NCBI GenBank assembly: GCA_039028615.1
Contig: JBCCHT010000045.1
Span: forward strand, 1 to 64,000
Length of the DNA stretch: 64,000 nucleotides
DNA from: Myxococcota bacterium
GTDB taxonomy: Bacteria; Myxococcota_A; Polyangia; Nannocystales; Nannocystaceae
Direction: 5' to 3'
Position numbers and translations under genes: made by a program
Shown: piece after piece, positions 1 to 9,569 of the stretch
Position numbering within the stretch: the first letter of the stretch is position 1
Layout: the number at the start of each line of letters is the position of its first letter
The notes under the pieces: generated by a model
What the model saw: only the letters and a program-made list of their open reading frames with translations
Told to the model about the DNA's origin: nothing
Databases searched by the model: none

Positions 1-435
1 AACGGCTTTTGCTCCGACGAGCAGTACCAGGCCTTCAGCCGCCAGGTCCCCGAGTTCGAGCACATGCTGTACGAAGACGGGCTGCACATCATCAAGTTCT
101 GGTTTTCCATCTCCAAGAAGGAGCAGGCGCGCCGCTTCGAGTCTCGGCGCGACAACCCGCTCAAGCAGTGGAAGCTCAGCCCCGTCGACCACCGCGCCCA
201 GGACCTGTGGGATCGCTATACCCACTACAAAGAGGAGATGTTCGCGCGCACGCACAACTCCTTCAGTCCGTGGATCATCGTCAAGGCCAACAACAAGAAG
301 CGCGCTCGCCTGGCCGCGATTCGCTATGTGCTGGGGCAGTTCAACTACAAGGGCAAGGGAGACGCGAAGGTGCACCTGGTACCCGATCCGAACGTCGTGG
401 GGCGCTTCCATCGCGGGGGCAAGAAGCTGGACTGA
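1..435 (+). CDS. ppk2: Polyphosphate kinase 2 (3' part; 5' end outside window)
   Basis: Frame is open from base 1 (NGFCSDEQY...). Motifs IKFWFSISKKEQARRF, PLKQWKLSPVD and PWIIVKANNKKRAR are typical of PPK2. Confidence 0.92.
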   Translation, partial: NGFCSDEQYQAFSRQVPEFEHMLYEDGLHIIKFWFSISKKEQARRFESRRDNPLKQWKLSPVDHRAQDLWDRYTHYKEEMFARTHNSFSPWIIVKANNKKRARLAAIRYVLGQFNYKGKGDAKVHLVPDPNVVGRFHRGGKKLD

Positions 436-448
436 GGCCGTCGACGAA

Positions 449-477
449 CAAAGGCCCGGCGAAGTGCCGGGCCTTTG
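449..477. terminator. Probable bidirectional intrinsic terminator
   Basis: Perfect 12-bp stem CAAAGGCCCGGC-gaagt-GCCGGGCCTTTG between convergent genes. Confidence 0.75.
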
Positions 478-501
478 CGTCTCGAGGGACTCGGCGGTGC
501 G

Positions 502-1968
<1,467 letters not shown>

Positions 1969-2200
1969 TCGAAGCCTACCCAGCGAAAGAAAAACGCACG
2001 CGAAGCCGAAGCCTCCCGGGGTCGACCTCGTAGCGCGCGGTTTCGCGGAGAGCCAAAATTCGTCTCGCGGGATTCGTCGATGCTCGATGCCGCGCGCGAC
2101 TCGAGGCATCGACGTCATCCGCATCACACAAACCGAGTGATGAGAACTCGACGCGAAGTCTCCCGATCACGACGTCGCCCGCGCCGCCCGAATCCTTTGT

Positions 2201-3448
2201 TCAGCCTACGCGGATGCTCTCGACCGGCTCGCCTTGCCCGGCCCGCCACGCGGGCAATAGTCCCGACAGCAGCGTCGTCACGACCACGACCACGGCGATG
2301 AGCGCGAGGTGATCGGGGTAGATGTCCGGGTAGATGACGGGGTCGAAGGTGATGCCGGAGACCTCGCTACCCCCTTCACCCATCATCTCGGACAGATCGA
2401 GCCCGTTGGCGTTGAGGTACAGGTACGGACCCACGGTGACCAATGCGCCCGAGATCAGCCCGAGCAGCGCGAGCCACAGGCTCTCCCACATGACCAGCAC
2501 GAACAGCCGCAGCGGGGTGTAGCCCACCGCCATCATGATGCCGAACTCGCGGGTTCGCTGGACCACGCTGACGTAGAGGCTGTTGAAGATGCCCGCCGCG
2601 ATCACGATGAGGATGATGGTCTCGAATACGATGGCCCCCGAGCGGTCGACGGTGATGAAGCCGGCGAGCTCAGGCTGGGTCTGCTTCCAGGTGAGCACGG
2701 CGGCGCCCTCGGGGACGGCCTGGCCCAGGCGCTTGGCCAGCTCCGCGCTCTTGCGGGCGTCCTTGGCGTAGACGGCCACCTGCGTGGCGACGTCGTCGTC
2801 GTAGCCCAGCGCCTTGGCGGCGGTGCGGAAGGGCAGCCAGCACAGCGTGGCGTCGAGGCCCGGGGTCCCCGTGTCGACGATGGCGCGCACCTTGGCCAGC
2901 CCGGAGACGATTTCGCCGTTGATGTCGGTGACGGTGTAGACGACCTTCTTGCCCAGCCGCACGTCGAGGTTCTCGGCCAGCGTCTTGCCGAGGATGATGC
3001 CCTTGCCTTTGGCTTTGTCGAAGAACTGGCCCTTGGCGATCGAGTCGAAGCCGGCGAGGGTGTCGACGTCTTCGGTCTGGGGGTCGATGCCCATGAAGAA
3101 CGCCCCGCTGCTGTTGGCGGCGGTGGCGAGCATGACCGGACCGGTGATGCGGGTGACCACGCGCTCGACCTGCGGATCGGCCAGGGCTACCTCGCGCAGC
3201 TCGTCGACGCCGTGCACCGTCTTCTTGAGCGAGGGCGTGTCCTGGTAGTCGGGGTGCTGGATGGTGACGTGGCCGCTTCCCATGCGGGCGGCCAGGTCGA
3301 TCATCTTGGCGTAGGTGCTGTCGCCCATCCCGGTGAAGATCACCGACAGCAGGATGCCGAAGGCGATGCTCGACAGGGTGATCGCAGTGCGGCGGCGGTG
3401 CCGAATCAAGTTGCGCCAGGCGAGGGTGGGGAGGCTGCCGCGAAACAT
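2201..3448 (-). CDS. ABC transporter permease, FtsX/LolE-like
   Basis: LAWRNLIRHRRRT N-terminus, large periplasmic loop, QRTREFGIMMAVG, C-terminal PAWRA. Confidence 0.88.
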   Translation of the reverse strand: MFRGSLPTLAWRNLIRHRRRTAITLSSIAFGILLSVIFTGMGDSTYAKMIDLAARMGSGHVTIQHPDYQDTPSLKKTVHGVDELREVALADPQVERVVTRITGPVMLATAANSSGAFFMGIDPQTEDVDTLAGFDSIAKGQFFDKAKGKGIILGKTLAENLDVRLGKKVVYTVTDINGEIVSGLAKVRAIVDTGTPGLDATLCWLPFRTAAKALGYDDDVATQVAVYAKDARKSAELAKRLGQAVPEGAAVLTWKQTQPELAGFITVDRSGAIVFETIILIVIAAGIFNSLYVSVVQRTREFGIMMAVGYTPLRLFVLVMWESLWLALLGLISGALVTVGPYLYLNANGLDLSEMMGEGGSEVSGITFDPVIYPDIYPDHLALIAVVVVVTTLLSGLLPAWRAGQGEPVESIRVG

Positions 3449-3451
3449 GGG

Positions 3452-4669
3452 TCAGTCCTGCCTCATGGCCAGCGCGGGGGAGATGAGCGCGGCCCGGATC
3501 GCGGGGTAGATGACGGCGAGCATCACGATGAACACCATGGTGCCGATGGGCACGACGAAGGTGTCGGGCCCGATCACCGCCGTCCAGATGGGATCCCAGG
3601 CGATGCCCGCGATGGAGACGTCTTGGCTGATGGCGCTGAGATCGATGCCGCTCGTGCTCAGGTACCACAGCCCGGGCAGGCTCAGCGCGACTCCGGCCAG
3701 CGTCGCGACCCCGGTCATCAGGGCGCTCTCGATCATGATGAGCTGGAAGAGCTTGCCCGGCCCCACGCCGATGGCCTTGAGCACGCCGAACTCGCGGGCG
3801 CGCTCGAGCACGGCCATCAGCATGGTGTTGAGGATCAGCATGCCGATGCCGATGTAGATGATCACGTACATCGCCATCACGGCGCCGCGGGTGCTCTCGA
3901 GCATGCGGGCCATGGTGGGCACGAGCTGCTTCCAGGTCTTGGCCTCGGCCTCGCCCGCCGCCTGCTGCACGACGGACAGCGCGTCGGGCAACAGCACGGT
4001 GGCCGGCTTGCGCACGATGATCTGGTGAGCGCCCTCGGGCACGACCATCAGCTTGCGGAAGGCGGTCTCGGTCATGTACACCCCGGCCCGGTCGACCCCG
4101 TCGGCGACCCCCTTGAGGATGCCGCGGACCTCGTACTCGTCGTTGGCCATCGAGCCGTCCGCGCCCTGGCCCAGCAGCAGCACCGAGTCACCGACGGAGA
4201 CGTCGAGGATGCGGGCGAGTCGGCGGCCGATCACGATGGCGTTGTGCTCGTTCGGGTCGAGCCACTGGCCCTTGGCCACGTGCTCGTAGATTTCGCTGAC
4301 CTCGGCGTCCTTGGTGGGGTCGAGGCCTCGCATAGCGACGCCGGCCGAGACATCCCCCGCTGCCGCGAGGGCCGGACCCAACAGCCGCGCGGACGCGGGG
4401 TAGTCGGCCTCGGACAGGGCGGCCAGGACCTCGCGATCGTCTTCGAGCCGCTTGTACAGCGATGGCTTGGTCCGATACTCGGGGTGATGGATCTGGAGGT
4501 CGCCCATCTCCAGGTCGAGCACGTTGCGCTCGAGCCCGCGGAGGTAGCCCTCGACCAGGCCTGCGTAGAGGATCATCATCACCAGGCCGAAGGTCATGGC
4601 CCCCATGGTGACGAGCGTGCGACGGCGGCTTCGCCAGATGTTCCGCCACGCCATGGCCCAGACCCGCAT
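3452..4669 (-). CDS. ABC transporter permease, FtsX/LolE-like
   Basis: MAWRNIWRSRRRT, ERAREFGVLKAIG, YPAIRAA; paralog of the adjacent gene. Confidence 0.88.
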   Translation of the reverse strand: MRVWAMAWRNIWRSRRRTLVTMGAMTFGLVMMILYAGLVEGYLRGLERNVLDLEMGDLQIHHPEYRTKPSLYKRLEDDREVLAALSEADYPASARLLGPALAAAGDVSAGVAMRGLDPTKDAEVSEIYEHVAKGQWLDPNEHNAIVIGRRLARILDVSVGDSVLLLGQGADGSMANDEYEVRGILKGVADGVDRAGVYMTETAFRKLMVVPEGAHQIIVRKPATVLLPDALSVVQQAAGEAEAKTWKQLVPTMARMLESTRGAVMAMYVIIYIGIGMLILNTMLMAVLERAREFGVLKAIGVGPGKLFQLIMIESALMTGVATLAGVALSLPGLWYLSTSGIDLSAISQDVSIAGIAWDPIWTAVIGPDTFVVPIGTMVFIVMLAVIYPAIRAALISPALAMRQD

Positions 4670-4723
4670 CGCGGCGCCACCATAGCATTGGCCGATGGGC
4701 CTACGCCGGGCCGCCGCCCATGC

Positions 4724-5956
4724 TCAGCCGAGGGTTTCGGAGAGTGCCTCGGTGAGGCGATCGACTTCGGCGAGCGTGTTGTAGTGCACCATGCTCACCC
4801 GAACGACGCCCTCGGTCGCGCTCAGGCCCAGGGCGTCGATGGCTCGCTTCGCGTAGAAGTGGCCCCAGCGCACCGCGATGTGACGTTCGTCGAGGGGCGG
4901 GACGACTGCGGACGAGACCATGCCATCGACCACGAAGGCGATGGTGGGGGCTCGGACGGCGCGATCGGGGGAGGTGGGCCCGATGACGCGGCAGCGCGGG
5001 TGGCCCTGCAGGAAGTCGAGCAGCTTGGCGGCCAGGGCTTGCTCGTGGGCGGCGAAGAGGTCGAACACCCCGCGCCAGCGATCACGCCGGGTGATGTCCT
5101 TGATCTTGTGGTGCTCGGCCACCCCGTCGAGATAGGCCCCGATGCCGGGCAGGCCCGCGGCGAGCTCGTGCGTGACGTTGCCCGGCTGCAGCTTGTAGGG
5201 CAGCGCGTCCTCGGGGACGAAGAAGTGGTTTTGCCCGTGCACCCGCTCGAGCAGGCTGCGGCGCACATACATCGCCGACAGATGCGGGCCGTAGACCTTG
5301 TACAGCGAGACCACGTAGGCATCGACGTCGAGAGCGGCGACGTCGACGAAGCGGTGCGGGGCGTAGGCGACCCCGTCGACCACCACGATGGTGTCGGCCC
5401 GGTTGGCACGGATGCGACGGACCATACCGGGCACGTCGATGATCTCGCCCACCACGTTGGCGCAGTGAGTGAACGCCACCAGCCGGGTGCGGGGAGACAG
5501 CAGCGCCTCGAGCTGGGCCGGGTCGAGGGTGGCGCGCTCGCGATCAACGGCCCAGGTATGGACCTTGACCCCGTGCGCGGCCAGCTTGCGCCACGGACCG
5601 ATATTCGACTCGTGATCGAGATCGGTGACGATGACCTCGTCGCCTTCGCTGAGCAGGGGCTGGATCGCCCGCGACAGCGTGGCCAGGTTGGCGGTGGTGG
5701 AGGGGCCGACCACGGTCTCGGCCGGGGTCGCGCCCAAAAGCTCGGCCGCGGTGGCTTCGCCTCGTCGGACGCGGCCCTCGGCTTGCTGAGACAGGCCGTA
5801 GCTGGCGCCCAGCTGCACTTGGTAGCGCTCGAGATACTCGACGATTCCCGAGGTGACCGCCTGCGTGGTGACGCTACCCCCGGCATTGTCGAACAACGCC
5901 CAGCGCTCGTTGAGCGCGGGGAACCATGCCCGGACAAAGTCGAGATCGAGATCCAC
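4724..5956 (-). CDS. Cysteine desulfurase-like protein (aminotransferase class V, PLP-dependent)
   Basis: FDNAGGS, LDHESNIGPW, VDGVAYAPH, SLYKVYGPH (PLP Lys), VRVSMVHYN. GTG start chosen. Confidence 0.88.
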   Translation of the reverse strand: MDLDLDFVRAWFPALNERWALFDNAGGSVTTQAVTSGIVEYLERYQVQLGASYGLSQQAEGRVRRGEATAAELLGATPAETVVGPSTTANLATLSRAIQPLLSEGDEVIVTDLDHESNIGPWRKLAAHGVKVHTWAVDRERATLDPAQLEALLSPRTRLVAFTHCANVVGEIIDVPGMVRRIRANRADTIVVVDGVAYAPHRFVDVAALDVDAYVVSLYKVYGPHLSAMYVRRSLLERVHGQNHFFVPEDALPYKLQPGNVTHELAAGLPGIGAYLDGVAEHHKIKDITRRDRWRGVFDLFAAHEQALAAKLLDFLQGHPRCRVIGPTSPDRAVRAPTIAFVVDGMVSSAVVPPLDERHIAVRWGHFYAKRAIDALGLSATEGVVRVSMVHYNTLAEVDRLTEALSETLG

Positions 5957-6085
5957 CTGCCCCGATGGTAGCGCGCTCCCGCGCGAAGCCCAATGGCCTA
6001 CCGTCACCTACCTACGACCACGGGCCGCGAGTGGCCCGAAGGATGTAAGGGGTCCGAGTACGAATCGAGCCCGCAGCCGGACGCT

Positions 6086-8653
6086 TCACAGCGGTGCGAT
6101 GTGGAATCGACGGACGCGGGCCCGCTGCTTTTCTTCCTCCAGCCTGTCGCGGGCTTGTTCACGGGCCGCATCGTCGGGCCAGTGGCTCTCGGCGTGCAGC
6201 AGCCGGCTCTCCGCCTCTTCGAGCTTGTTCTGGTCGATGAGTACGTTCACCAGGTTGTACCAAGCCTGTGAAGACTCGGGGTCCTTGCTGATCGCGGCCA
6301 GGAAGCGCTGCTCGGCCTGCTGCGGATCGTTGGACTCGGCCGAGATGCGACCCAGGGAGTTGAGCGCGGGGGCGTAGCTCGGGTCCTTGTCGTTGCTGCG
6401 TTGGTACAGGGACTCGGCCTCGTCCATGTTACCTGCGTCGTGGGCCCGGTTGCCTCGCTCCCACAGCTGTTTGGCTTCGGCCCGTCGGGTGGGGGTCTGG
6501 AGCTGCTTGAGGACATCCTTCGCGATTCGGACGTCGCCTGCCTTTTGGGCCTCGATGCCCGCCCGCTCGCGCAGTTGTTCCTGCTCTTCCGGGCTGGCGG
6601 TCTTGCTCCAATGAAAGAGTAGACCCGAGAGGTTGGAGTGCGCGACGGCGTAGTCGGGATTGAGCTTCAGCGCGCACTCGTAGTACTCGCGCGCGGTGTC
6701 GAAGCGAACCTGGTCGAGCTCGTCGTTACCGACGATGCGTTGGCCCATCGCTCCCAGCGAGTTGTACGCAGGAGCGTAGGACGGACACGCCTCGATGGCC
6801 TCGTTGTGCAGCGAGATCGCCTGCGATGTCTTGTACTGATCGGCGCGCGCCCGCGCGGCGTTCCACTTTTGCTTCGCGCGTCGCTTTTGCGCGTCGGTGC
6901 ACTCGTAGTCGACGGGGCACTCGTCGCCCAGACGTGCGATGCCTCGCTCCTCGAGCACCGACTCGAGGGCTTCGTGGGCGCGCACGACCTCGCCTTGGAT
7001 CTCGTTGAGCTCGCCCTCGCGCCGTTCGAGCTCGAGCTGCGCCGCGTCGTTCTCGCCGGTTTTCTTCACCACCTCTCGTTGGGTGAGCGCGAGTTCCTCG
7101 GCGGTGTTCTCGAGCGCGGACTGCTGGTTCTCGAGTTCGTGCTTGGTGTCCTCCAGCTCCTTTTGGGCGGAGGCCAGGGTCTCTTCGCGGCGGGCGTCGA
7201 CCCAAATCCAGATCCCGGGGGCAGCGATGACCAGCAGGGCCACCGCGGCCATGATCCAGCGGCTTCGCTCCGCGACGGCGACTCGCTCGGCGGCCCGGTT
7301 CGAGCGCAGGATGGGCTCGATCAACGCGTCATGCGTCAGCTCGTACCAGCTCGCGCCCGCCCGTTTGACCGGTCGAATCAACCCATTGGCATCGAGGGCC
7401 TCGACCGCATCGGCCTTCATCTTGGCGGAGTGGGTCTCGCCGCGGAACACGGTGCCGCGGGTGTGCCCCTCGGTGATCAAGTGCTCCTCGACCCACAGTC
7501 GCAGCGCCAGCGGTCCCACGCTGCCCTTCTTGGCCGCGTGGGTGATGGCGTGCTCGTAGAAGCGCTCGAGCCCGTTGCCCACGGGGTCGATTTGTTGCAC
7601 GCGCTCGGTGGTGACGGAGCCGACGTCGTGGAGGGTGTCGCGCCACAGCGTCATGCAGGCGATCTGCAGGTGCGTGGGCTCGATGAACTCGCCCGTGGGT
7701 AGCTCGCCGCGCGGCATCGAGTCGGAGGCCTTGGCCGCGGCCCGTACGGTGGCGAGACGAGAGACGAGGTCGTCGACCGGCTCGTCGTCGAGGGGGCGCT
7801 CGGCGGCTTCGAAGGGGCCGGCGATGGCGGCTCGGGCCTGCTTCTGCCGCAGCGGATCCATGCGGTGCCGCGAGAGCATGTCGCTGCCCAGCGCGGTCGA
7901 GTAGCTCTCGACCCGGGCGAGGTAGTCCTCGCGCATGGTGAACACGAAGCGGACGTCCTGGGTGTCGCGCCAGTCGAGGTAGGGCTCGAGGACGGGCGGC
8001 GTGGAGCCGCGCGCGGGGTTGTCGGCCTTCCAGGCGTCGAGGGCCTCGGGGAGGGCGGGGTCACGGGCGGCGAGCTCGGCCAGCGCTTCTTTGGCCTCGG
8101 AGCGATGCCAACCCGCGGGTCCCAGGTCTCGCAGCAGCTCGGCGTGCTCCTTGAGCTCGGCTCGACCCACGCCCAGGGCGGCGGCGACCTGCTCGAAGAG
8201 GTCGAAACGGTCGGCCCAGCGCTCGGGATAGTAGGTGGTCAGCTCCTCGAACTGATCGAAGATCACCACGCAGCCCCGTCGGGGGGCCCGCGCTCGGTGC
8301 TCGGCGATCGCCCGCTCGATGGTCCAGTCGGCGACCTCGGCCGCCTTCTTCTCGGGGTGCCACCACAGCGCTGCGTTCTGGACGTAGACGTTGGGCACCG
8401 AGTCGGGGGGCGAGCCGGGGCCGTTGACGCGAGCGACGGGCAGCACCAAGAAATCGCGGCGCTCGAGCTCCGGGATGACCCCGGCGTTCATCAACGAGGT
8501 CTTGCCCGCGCCCGAGCGGGCGTACACGAACACGCAGCGGCGGCTGGCGATGAGCGAGGTGAGCTCGGCGCTCTCCCGCTCGCGCCCGAAGAAGTAGGGC
8601 GAGGCGCCGCGCTCGAAGGGTCGTGGCCCCAAAAATGGGTTGCTCACTGCCAT
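6086..8653 (-). CDS. STAND-class (nSTAND1-like) NTPase with transmembrane helix, coiled coil and C-terminal TPR repeats
   Basis: NPFLGPRPF..FFGRERE; Walker A ARSGAGKTS; Walker B VVIFDQFEE; TMREDYL; LQIAC; YELTHDALI; TM WIMAAVALLVIAAPGIWIWV; TPRs (PSYAPAYNSLG, PDYAVAHSNL, PESSQAWYNL). Confidence 0.85.
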   Translation of the reverse strand: MAVSNPFLGPRPFERGASPYFFGRERESAELTSLIASRRCVFVYARSGAGKTSLMNAGVIPELERRDFLVLPVARVNGPGSPPDSVPNVYVQNAALWWHPEKKAAEVADWTIERAIAEHRARAPRRGCVVIFDQFEELTTYYPERWADRFDLFEQVAAALGVGRAELKEHAELLRDLGPAGWHRSEAKEALAELAARDPALPEALDAWKADNPARGSTPPVLEPYLDWRDTQDVRFVFTMREDYLARVESYSTALGSDMLSRHRMDPLRQKQARAAIAGPFEAAERPLDDEPVDDLVSRLATVRAAAKASDSMPRGELPTGEFIEPTHLQIACMTLWRDTLHDVGSVTTERVQQIDPVGNGLERFYEHAITHAAKKGSVGPLALRLWVEEHLITEGHTRGTVFRGETHSAKMKADAVEALDANGLIRPVKRAGASWYELTHDALIEPILRSNRAAERVAVAERSRWIMAAVALLVIAAPGIWIWVDARREETLASAQKELEDTKHELENQQSALENTAEELALTQREVVKKTGENDAAQLELERREGELNEIQGEVVRAHEALESVLEERGIARLGDECPVDYECTDAQKRRAKQKWNAARARADQYKTSQAISLHNEAIEACPSYAPAYNSLGAMGQRIVGNDELDQVRFDTAREYYECALKLNPDYAVAHSNLSGLLFHWSKTASPEEQEQLRERAGIEAQKAGDVRIAKDVLKQLQTPTRRAEAKQLWERGNRAHDAGNMDEAESLYQRSNDKDPSYAPALNSLGRISAESNDPQQAEQRFLAAISKDPESSQAWYNLVNVLIDQNKLEEAESRLLHAESHWPDDAAREQARDRLEEEKQRARVRRFHIAPL

Positions 8654-9504
8654 CGCGACATCAGCTCCTCGATGAACGCGTCGGCGGTGCCGAAGAACAC
8701 GTCGACCCCGAGCTTGTCGAGGTATTGCCGCACGAAGTCGGCCCCCGCTCCGCCCGGATCGAGCTGCACCGCGACGCTGCGCTCCTGCCCGGACAGCGCC
8801 TGGTCGAGCACCAGCGCGCGGTGGATCACGCGGAAGTTCCAGTCTTCGAGGCCGTAGCCCAAAAACAGCAGCCCGGTATCACTCAGGCGCTCGCGGATCT
8901 GCGGCGGCAGGGTCTCGGTTTGGTTGCGCGCGCGCTTGTCGGCATCGCGGGTGAGGCTCACCAAGAAGTCCACGTAGTCCGACTCGGTGAGGACGATGGA
9001 GCGGAAGTCGTCCCAGTAGCCGTGCAGGTGGAAGACCAGCGGCTCGGTCACCGAAAAGTCGGGGATGGGCTCCGCCTTGCGCCCGTTCCACGAGCAGCGC
9101 GAACGACTCGGGCTCTTGGGCGTGGGCGCGACCCGCAAGAAGTGGTCGATGGCCGGATCGTAGTTGGTGGTGACGAAGCAGGAGATCGGCAGGCCGCAGA
9201 GGCGGGCGAGCGGGTGGTCGGCCCCGACCTGCTGTTGGTCGAGCTTGTCCTGCCAGGCCGCTTGCAGCCGGTCGACGACGTGGGCCTTGGTGTTGGTGGG
9301 GCTGCCCGTGGTGACCTCTTGGAACTGGGTCACCCGCGGCAGGTTCCAGGTGTCGTCGAAGGGGTAGCCCCATTCCTCGGCCAGGTCCTTGGCGAGCTGG
9401 CCCCCCAGAGGCAGCAGGGGATAGTTGGCGCCTGCACCGATGAACGGGGTGCACAGATCCCGCTTGATGCTCTCGATCACCCGCGCCCAGGCGTTGTCAT
9501 CCAT
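8644..9504 (-). CDS. SIR2-like (SIR2_2 family) domain protein, putative NADase/effector
   Basis: PFIGAG, VTTNYD, FHLHG, VLTESDY, LLFLGYGLEDWNF motifs. Confidence 0.85.
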   Translation of the reverse strand: MDDNAWARVIESIKRDLCTPFIGAGANYPLLPLGGQLAKDLAEEWGYPFDDTWNLPRVTQFQEVTTGSPTNTKAHVVDRLQAAWQDKLDQQQVGADHPLARLCGLPISCFVTTNYDPAIDHFLRVAPTPKSPSRSRCSWNGRKAEPIPDFSVTEPLVFHLHGYWDDFRSIVLTESDYVDFLVSLTRDADKRARNQTETLPPQIRERLSDTGLLFLGYGLEDWNFRVIHRALVLDQALSGQERSVAVQLDPGGAGADFVRQYLDKLGVDVFFGTADAFIEELMSRWQ

Positions 9505-9569
9505 GACCGTTTGCAGTCGTACCCGAAAGCGGCGCCGCGTCGCAAGGACGGGGGCCGGAGGGGGGACGC

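Noticed and set aside
2309..5971. 1220-aa + strand ORF and many other long overlapping ORFs
   Set aside because: These are antisense or alternate-frame shadows of recognisable genes, expected in high-GC DNA; they carry no protein motifs.
6008..9569. Mobile-element boundaries around the SIR2-STAND pair
   Set aside because: No integrase, transposase, flanking direct repeats or obvious compositional shift was seen.
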